In this document: positions 55,743 through 62,155 of the stretch, piece after piece
How the letters are laid out: each line of letters starts with the position of its first letter
How positions within the stretch are numbered: position 1 is the stretch's first letter
Virus record (IMG/VR): IMGVR_UViG_3300017448_000004
Location: 1 to 62,155 of that record
Source of the DNA: a virus
Lineage: Duplodnaviria > Caudoviricetes
DNA: 62,155 nt
Reading direction: 5' to 3' (one strand)
Program-made: the position numbers and the translations under genes
The notes under the pieces: model-generated
Databases searched by the model: none
What the model saw: only the letters and a program-made list of their open reading frames with translations
Told to the model about the DNA's origin: nothing

Positions 55743-56066
55743 ATGAAAAAGATGTGTACAGCACTTCTTTTGGCACTGGCGCTAATTACTGCTCCCATTG
55801 CCTTCGCAGATGAACCGCCCGCTGGCGTACAGTCCAATCAGGTTGGCAACGTCGTTCACTTCTCAGTATACAACAATTCGGGTTCGACGATTTGTATGTT
55901 TCCCTACGTACAGGAACAGACTAATGTCTATGGTTCCGTCGTCTCAATGATCCAACTGGAACCGGGCGAATCAGGAGTAAACATTGGCGCGTTCGCGCAG
56001 GCCAACCCGACATATGCTTGGTCAATTCGTGTCGGTTCAAAGTATCAGACAGGGACATGTGCATAA
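55743..56066 (+). CDS. secreted beta-rich protein
   Basis: signal peptide MKKMCTALLLALALITAPIAFA; GGAGG SD. Confidence 0.7.
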   Translation: MKKMCTALLLALALITAPIAFADEPPAGVQSNQVGNVVHFSVYNNSGSTICMFPYVQEQTNVYGSVVSMIQLEPGESGVNIGAFAQANPTYAWSIRVGSKYQTGTCA

Positions 56067-56210
56067 CTGGGGCCGTACTCTTTCTTTAGTAATGGCGAGC
56101 GAAGACCTAGTTATCGCCCTTGTGTACATGTACCAAGGTAACTTGCGAATGTGCATTTACTGGGGAGCGGCGGCTGTAATTTGTGCCGCAGTCGCGAGGT
56201 AGGAGGAATC

Positions 56211-56471
56211 ATGAAAGTTACCGTTGTTCCAGCATACGTAGGTCAAAAACACACTGTGAAATTGACACAGGGCGTGCAATCTTTTCATCTCGATTATCAA
56301 GGAACGAAGACCGATTGTCTTTGGTACGCAAAAATGTTTCGCACGGCTTTACGAAATCACGATGCCGCTGTAGCTCAGTCGGTAGAGCGCCTGCCCTGTA
56401 AGCAGGATGTCGGGAGTTCGAATCTCTCCAGCGGCTCCAACCCCTTACAACTTCACGGAGCCAGTCTGTGA
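56211..56471 (+). CDS. hypothetical protein whose frame runs through tRNA-Thr
   Basis: AGGAGG SD before MKVTVVP. Confidence 0.45.
   Translation: MKVTVVPAYVGQKHTVKLTQGVQSFHLDYQGTKTDCLWYAKMFRTALRNHDAAVAQSVERLPCKQDVGSSNLSSGSNPLQLHGASL
56364..56439 (+). tRNA. tRNA-Thr(TGT) with encoded CCA and atypical C33
   Basis: acceptor GCCGCTG/CAGCGGC, D-arm GCTC/GAGC, anticodon arm CCTGC-CCTGTAA-GCAGG, TTCGAAT T-loop. Confidence 0.88.
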
Positions 56472-56517
56472 CTGCTTTATACAGCGACCATGACCATCTC
56501 CCTGAAGGAAGCAGCTA

Positions 56518-56712
56518 ATGCCCAAACTTAAGGGTGTGCAATTTCTGTATGGGATACTTGGAGTCGTCAGCACTCTTCTTGCTGCGGTAGGTTTTATCGG
56601 GTTTGCCTTTAGCGTTGGTGCGTGGGATATCGAAAGCGCGGTAGTATGCGGAGTCGTCTTTGCGTTCTTCGCCTTTCTCGCAGGCGTATTTGGCTATCTC
56701 ATGGAGAAGTAA
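56518..56712 (+). CDS. two-TM membrane protein
   Basis: two long hydrophobic segments. Confidence 0.6.
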   Translation: MPKLKGVQFLYGILGVVSTLLAAVGFIGFAFSVGAWDIESAVVCGVVFAFFAFLAGVFGYLMEK

Positions 56713-57317
56713 TGGCAATCAATCCGCCACTGATCACCAACTCGCTAACCCACTTGAATCAGTGGGTGAAGATCGCGTCAGGCGACCGTGTGAAACTGAC
56801 TGGTGGAATCTCGCTATCCGTGAATCCTCTCGCGACCAACACCGGGTACTTCGTCTTCAGGTGTACAGAGTGCGCGGACAACTGGCACGTCGGCCACGAG
56901 AATTTTCAGGGGAACGTGCAAGACCCTGCCGCGATAACAGTGCCGTCTGTCCTTTCTGATTGGGTCAAGAAGCATCGGCACGTTTGCAAGAAGTTCAACA
57001 ACCCGCCCGCGACGAGCACCGGGGTATGTCAATCCTGCAAATGGCCGTACGATGCTCACGAAGAATCGTGGTACATTGGCGGCGAGGTCAAAGGGATGCC
57101 TGTGGCCTCTGGTAAACAAATTCAGATGTACACGTACAGCACTGAGGGAACGGTGGGTACGGCGTCTTTCCTAAAACAGTTAGACAAAAAGAATTTCTCG
57201 CCGAAGCCTGCGGATGCATCAATGACACTGCGACAGTTTACGGGACGAAAATTCAGGGACATCGAGGATATATGCGAATCACCGGATACAAACACCGAGA
57301 AGACTTCGAACGTGTGA
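56712..57317 (+). CDS. zinc-finger-containing hypothetical protein
   Basis: CTEC...H.H and CQSC....H; TAATG-coupled start. Confidence 0.55.
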   Translation: MAINPPLITNSLTHLNQWVKIASGDRVKLTGGISLSVNPLATNTGYFVFRCTECADNWHVGHENFQGNVQDPAAITVPSVLSDWVKKHRHVCKKFNNPPATSTGVCQSCKWPYDAHEESWYIGGEVKGMPVASGKQIQMYTYSTEGTVGTASFLKQLDKKNFSPKPADASMTLRQFTGRKFRDIEDICESPDTNTEKTSNV

Positions 57318-57745
57318 TGGAAATCAATGACGCCTGTTATTCGGGTGTTTACCGTCCGCCACGTGAAACTATGACAGACATGATTAGCGTGTCAAATGTT
57401 TTCGTTGCCAGGGTAAACGAAAAGGATTTTTCGCACTCGTTCCCTGAGGATTTACCAGACGAGGATTATATCATCGGTTTCGCAATCGTGCGGAACGCGT
57501 TCCAACCGTACATCTGGAATATCGCCGTAGACCCAGCGTATAAAAATCGTGGCGTAGCAGGCAATCTTCTCCGCGAGATCATCAAGAGATATACGCTGGA
57601 GAAGTCTACACATATTACGCTGCACGTAAATGTGGAAAATCCCGCCCAGCGACTTTATTTTGATTACGGATTCCGGGTAGTCTTTGTCGAGGAAGATTAC
57701 TTCGCACCAGATGACGGGCTACTGATGAAGAGGAGGCTCCCGTGA
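57272..57745 (+). CDS. GNAT acetyltransferase (RimI-like)
   Basis: IAVDPAYKNRGVA..LL, LHVNVENPAQRLY..YGF, YF..DDGLLM. Confidence 0.9.
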   Translation: MRITGYKHREDFERVMEINDACYSGVYRPPRETMTDMISVSNVFVARVNEKDFSHSFPEDLPDEDYIIGFAIVRNAFQPYIWNIAVDPAYKNRGVAGNLLREIIKRYTLEKSTHITLHVNVENPAQRLYFDYGFRVVFVEEDYFAPDDGLLMKRRLP

Positions 57746-58029
57746 AGATACAAGACGGGAACCCTGTTGAGAATGCCCGCCAGGAGAAGATGTCCTTCGT
57801 AGATACAGACCCCCATTACCAAGATGGTGTGCCGTACAAAGTTACCTATGAATCGAGCGGGTTAGTTACGGCAGAGGCACCCGTCAAGCCTAAAGTGGTA
57901 GACGTGACCATAGGAGAATATGTCGATTGGTCCGTACAAGACGTTCTCAGTGGCGTCGTCTCCTGCACTGAAAAGCATCAAGATTTCGCCGCATTCGAAG
58001 GCGGGAAAGGCACTGGTGAACGAAGGTAA
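57742..58029 (+). CDS. hypothetical protein
   Basis: GAGGAGG SD, GTGA overlap. Confidence 0.5.
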   Translation: MKIQDGNPVENARQEKMSFVDTDPHYQDGVPYKVTYESSGLVTAEAPVKPKVVDVTIGEYVDWSVQDVLSGVVSCTEKHQDFAAFEGGKGTGERR

Positions 58030-58133
58030 CGTAAACGGGGTTACCGAAGTCACAAAAGAACCCTTGGCAGAGGGACTGTATTTAGGTAAACTAGAATCAG
58101 TAAAACCACTTGCAAATTCGGGAGGAGACAACT

Positions 58134-58616
58134 ATGACAAAGTACTTGCCACGATTGATTCTGTTTCTGATTTTGAGCCTGACGAGTCTTGGATCGACGC
58201 AGACAGTGTATGCTGCGACTGTACCTGTGGGAACGGTTAAACTGGCGGAAGCGATAGCGCGGGCAGAAGGGTTCTACGTAAAGGGTTCGATCCCGAATCG
58301 CCTATGCAATCCGGGCGACATTCGCTCACATTCATCACATGCTTACCCCGGCCAGATAGGTCTGAGGCATGGGTATGTCGTCTTCAAGAATAATCGCGCA
58401 GGATGGGCGGCTTTGGAGCATCAGATAACAAAAATGGTCGAGGGTCGTTCTAGACTATATGACGTCAACATGACGCTAGCCCAGTTCGGCAAAAAGTATG
58501 CCGAAAGTCCGATGTGGGTCAAAAACGTGTCAAGTATTCTTGCGGTAAAACTTGAGACCCGAATGTGGGAAATTCTGGATGTTACCTCGTACGACGCATT
58601 GGAAGGAATTGTATGA
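58134..58616 (+). CDS. secreted lysozyme-like protein
   Basis: signal peptide; AIARAEG...NPGDIR..F.....GW.AL...TL.QF..KYA. Confidence 0.65.
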   Translation: MTKYLPRLILFLILSLTSLGSTQTVYAATVPVGTVKLAEAIARAEGFYVKGSIPNRLCNPGDIRSHSSHAYPGQIGLRHGYVVFKNNRAGWAALEHQITKMVEGRSRLYDVNMTLAQFGKKYAESPMWVKNVSSILAVKLETRMWEILDVTSYDALEGIV

Positions 58617-59395
58617 CTGAATCGGCAAGAATGGACGTATTTCGAGAAAAATGGTTCGCTTCTGATTATCTCGATAATGGGAAGAGTTGGGGAGTAATTT
58701 CCGCGACAAACGTGATCGTCATCGGTCACTCTATAGGACTAACGCAGGAAATCTGCCTAACAATCGTTAGATACCACAACGATCAGTTTGGCCTGTAGGT
58801 ACGCCGACGTATCTTCGTTCAGCGGCATCGCGAAAATTGAGGCTGAGCGTCCACGGAGCCTACGTCGGAATGGGGTGTTTATGAAACAAACTCACGTGAT
58901 CCGGCCTTGGCAGGAAAACGGCGAACAAATGCACATGTTCCAAATTAAAGTCTTCTGTTATGTCTGTAAATATTGGAATACTGTCCCCGAGGTAAATATA
59001 GGTGACCCCGTACAATGCGAGACGTGTAAAGTAATAGGCAACCTTAGGAAACGCAGTTTTGGACTCTTCATCGGCCCCCAGTCTACCACCTAGGGTCCTA
59101 GACCTTCCTATCATCCTATCATCCGGAGGCTCATATAAAAAATATACCCGCGCCCGAAGTCCCAAGCATGTGGTTGACCTGAAGGCAGAAGTCGCGGCTG
59201 GACGCATCTCCTATGTACGACGTACCCTCGGTACCTACAGGCCAAACTGATCGCGAAGGATGGGAACCGATGCCGACGCGAAGTCACTTCATGAATTTCA
59301 ACGATATGAAAGACGGGTCCTGAAGATGGACGACCGTCCAACTCGCGGATAGCGACGAACTTCGCGGCATCCATTGACGCGAAAAGCTCACGGCA

Positions 59396-59462
59396 CTCAT
59401 CCCCTGTCTCATCCCCTGTCTCATCCCCTGTCTCATCCCCTGTCTCATCCCCTGTCTCATCC
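59396..59462. repeat. 12-bp tandem repeat (CTCATCCCCTGT) x5.6
   Basis: five perfect units plus a partial unit. Confidence 0.97.
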
Positions 59463-59972
59463 TGATACGGGAATCTTCCAAAAAATTATACCCCTATGGA
59501 GCGAATAGGAAAAGAAGGTACTTAAGTCGTTTGTCTACAATAGGTTAGATTCCCAGATTCCTTAAGACCGCCGTGGCCACGGCATGCTCCGCAATACCGC
59601 GCAGGGGTGGGGGGACTCCCTGGACCCGCCTTGGAAACTAAAGTACTGACCCCCTGTAAGTCATTGATTCCAAACAATTTATCTGCTATATAATAGATTC
59701 CTAATTGTTACTACGTAATCTGGGAATCTCTGAATCTGGCAATCGAATCGCTAATGATCCGTTCCCGACCCGTACCCGTGCTAAGTCTTTTGTTTGCACT
59801 ATGCAACAATATAACATACGGTTGCGATTCCCAATATCCCCAACAGTTGTCGTTTATCTCACAATGAGACAAAGAGCGGATGAGCCGGCCAGATTCAGAG
59901 ATTCCCAGATGAGCCGGGGAATCCGGGGAATCAGGGAATCGATGCTAGTGTACTAGTCGAGTACGATTTTCA

Positions 59973-60000
59973 TTGACATCTTCTATCGTATGTGTACACT
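59973..60000 (+). promoter_or_regulatory. sigma70-type promoter, leaderless to the recombinase
   Basis: TTGACA-N16-TACACT, ATG 7 nt downstream. Confidence 0.6.
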
Positions 60001-60006
60001 GTCACT

Positions 60007-60513
60007 ATGAAATATCTCTCGAAAGATGAATTGCAAAAGATGCTAGACGCAAGTGGCCCGCTTGACCGGCTATTCATTCGGATTACATTCAACCACGGTC
60101 TCAGGGTTAGCGAAGTACTCGCGTTGACTGCTTCCAATTTTATAGACGGTCATATTACCGTTCAACGTCTAAAAGGCTCATGCAAGACTACACAAAAGCT
60201 ATTGCCCGATGAAGTGTATGGCATACAAGAGTTAATCGCTTTGCGTGGCCCGGATTGTAAGCTATTTCCGTTTGACAGGACTACGGCGTGGCGGCATGTC
60301 AAGCGTATCGGGTTAGCTGCAGGAATTGAGTCATTCAAGTGCTTTCCGCACGCACTAAAGCATACTACGGCGAAACGAGGGTTAGCTGGCGGCATGACGT
60401 TGCCCGAATTGCAGACTTATCTAGGCCACAAGTCTGGCAGTAGCACCATGGCGTATCTGCGCGAAGATGACGAAACAGCGAGTACGGCTTTTGCATTTGC
60501 AGTGGGTAAGTGA
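60007..60513 (+). CDS. FimB/FimE-like tyrosine recombinase (catalytic domain only)
   Basis: KYLS.DE, HGLRVSE, RLKGS, PHALKH, YLGHKS..STMAY. Confidence 0.85.
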   Translation: MKYLSKDELQKMLDASGPLDRLFIRITFNHGLRVSEVLALTASNFIDGHITVQRLKGSCKTTQKLLPDEVYGIQELIALRGPDCKLFPFDRTTAWRHVKRIGLAAGIESFKCFPHALKHTTAKRGLAGGMTLPELQTYLGHKSGSSTMAYLREDDETASTAFAFAVGK

Positions 60514-60765
60514 CTAAAGTAACAGACATAATTTGTTGCCCGAATTTGTCACTTGCCGATTTTTGACTGTACATATACACTGTAAATGCATGAAATTTTC
60601 CGTAAGTTATTGATATTCAGGATGGCAACCGGGATGCATAGTAAACAGTATGACAAACGAAGATATTGACAATTTCGCGTTCGGCTTTATAATCGGCCTA
60701 TTGCTAATCATAGCTACAGTTGCCCGATTTTAGCTACTGTACGCAGTACAAAGGGAGAATGAACC

Positions 60766-60966
60766 ATGGCGATATCAAAGCGTAACAAGGGCACGGGACA
60801 GATTGAATTTCGGTACCGTGAGCAAGCGATGAAAGCGGAACATATTGTCCGAAAATCTAGCGCTGTACATACGGGCGACCTAATTGACAGGCTTACCGCA
60901 TTGACCGATTACCTAGACAAAGCGGACAGGGAAGCAAATGAGACTATTGACCAGTTGGAGCGATAG
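60766..60966 (+). CDS. small early hypothetical protein
   Basis: GGGAG SD. Confidence 0.5.
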   Translation: MAISKRNKGTGQIEFRYREQAMKAEHIVRKSSAVHTGDLIDRLTALTDYLDKADREANETIDQLER

Positions 60967-61052
60967 CACCTTAGTGCTCTTGCCCGATTTAATTTGTACG
61001 TGTACACTGAAATAGTCAATTAGATTCCCGCCCTATAGGGCTAGAGAGCAAT

Positions 61053-61256
61053 ATGACAAAAAAGCATTTCATCGCACTAGCAGACGCCATCAAAGGCGAA
61101 AATCAATCTGACCAGCTAACGGGTACATCGCTCGCATTCAAGGAACGAACTCTTCTTGCACTCGCAGACTTCTGCGAATCCCAGAATCCAAACTTCAATC
61201 GTGAGCGATGGTTATCCTATATCGCGGGCGAATGTGGCCCGAATGGTGGCCGCTAA
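61053..61256 (+). CDS. small early phage protein
   Basis: MTKKHFIALAD.I...LADFC...NPNFNRERW motif. Confidence 0.65.
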   Translation: MTKKHFIALADAIKGENQSDQLTGTSLAFKERTLLALADFCESQNPNFNRERWLSYIAGECGPNGGR

Positions 61257-61764
61257 TGTGGCATATCGAAGGTCGCCGCTGGTTTCAAAAACGTACGGAA
61301 ATACCTATCATTCCGTGCGAATCTTCGAGGGTAATTATTTACTAGTCACACTGCCGTATCAATACGGCTATGGTGATCAATTTCTACAGACCGCGCTTGA
61401 TTGGCTCAAGGCTAAGGGCCATGTGTCCAAAGATGCAAAGTAAAGTAGCTTTCAGATTCACCCGGATTCGGGCAGGAGCACAGCATGTCAACACGTTCGC
61501 AAGTGAGTTGGTTTGACCGACACCGACAGGCAGCGCGGGACACGATACGCGAGAGCGACGGGTGTGCTATCGGCCTGGTATTTTTGCTGTTAACAATTGC
61601 TTTGGTACTTGCTATTTTTGTACAGGTATAGGAGTCGGGATGACGCTCAAGCAGTTTGCCAAAGCGAATTTTCGGGATGCACTAGAAGCGTACCGAACAG
61701 CCTTGCGGTCGAAAGATTCGCAGGCCATCATCGCAGCCAGCGTCATCCGCCAAAGGGAGGTACT

Positions 61765-62064
61765 ATGATTAGCAATCTGCGCGAAGACGAACAGCACAAG
61801 CACGCGAATGGCGGCGGCTGGGTCGCCAATACCGCACGGGTGGCCGCTACGGTCTTCGTAGGTCCGCACGCGCTTGTGTACGGATACGCTGAATTGCGGG
61901 ACAGGGTCGCGGTCGTAGACGCTGCGCAGGTAAGCGGGCACGCTGTGCTCACGGGCGATGTAATCGTATCGGGCAACGCTTGGGTAGCAGGGACGACGAA
62001 GGCTTGCACTGGCCGCATCTATAAGAACGAACGCAAGATTGAAAAGGCCGAGAGGATCAGGTGA
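61765..62064 (+). CDS. left-handed beta-helix (hexapeptide repeat) protein
   Basis: NGGGWVA.TA.V, A.V.G.A repeats; GGGAGG SD. Confidence 0.75.
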   Translation: MISNLREDEQHKHANGGGWVANTARVAATVFVGPHALVYGYAELRDRVAVVDAAQVSGHAVLTGDVIVSGNAWVAGTTKACTGRIYKNERKIEKAERIR

Positions 62065-62155
62065 AAATCGTACCGCTGTCGCAGTCCAAGTTCGCGTTGG
62101 TCGATGACGCTGATTATGACGCGGTAATGGCCGCAGGCCCGTGGTACGCGCTACA
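62061..62155 (+). CDS. HNH/AP2-type endonuclease N-terminus, partial
   Basis: MKIVPLSQSKFALVDDADY...W. Confidence 0.6.
   Translation, partial: MKIVPLSQSKFALVDDADYDAVMAAGPWYAL

Noticed and set aside
59059-59390. Frameshifted HNH remnant (YLQAKLIAKDGNRC)
   Set aside because: Too short and lacking HNH catalytic motifs to support a call.
59284-59481. ORF with MRQG repeats
   Set aside because: It is simply the translation of the 12-bp tandem repeat, antisense to the local gene orientation.
1-62155. Stop-codon reassignment explaining the broken capsid and portal ORFs
   Set aside because: Other genes are long and intact in the standard code, and the breaks change frame and match intron boundaries.

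Overview
62 kb of a tailed dsDNA phage genome with podovirus-like (P22/N4-type) virion gene organisation. Positions 1-48.4 kb form one minus-strand late/structural arm: glycosyltransferases, terminase, portal, scaffold, major capsid, decoration and tail proteins, ejection proteins, lysis and nucleotide genes. Positions 48.5-62 kb form a plus-strand early/replication arm: SSB, primase-helicase, family A DNA polymerase, a 6S-like RNA, a permuted two-piece tmRNA, tRNA-Thr and a FimB-like recombinase. The genome carries about a dozen homing-type endonucleases. The portal gene has one group I intron, and the major capsid gene is split into four exons. Two of the capsid interruptions are complete group I introns, one encoding a LAGLIDADG nuclease. 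The first is only 70 nt: it has a P1 internal guide with the U.G splice-site pair, a perfect P10 and a terminal G, but no catalytic core, and it contains a sigma70-type promoter. This candidate non-autonomous 'core-less' group I mini-intron in an essential gene is the most notable finding. Also notable are DUF3494 ice-binding domains inserted in two virion proteins, a stand-alone copy of the scaffold's coat-binding tail, a tmRNA tag ending in AAAAGR, and several densely structured intergenic RNAs. All calls come from manual motif reading; no database searches or folding programs were run.
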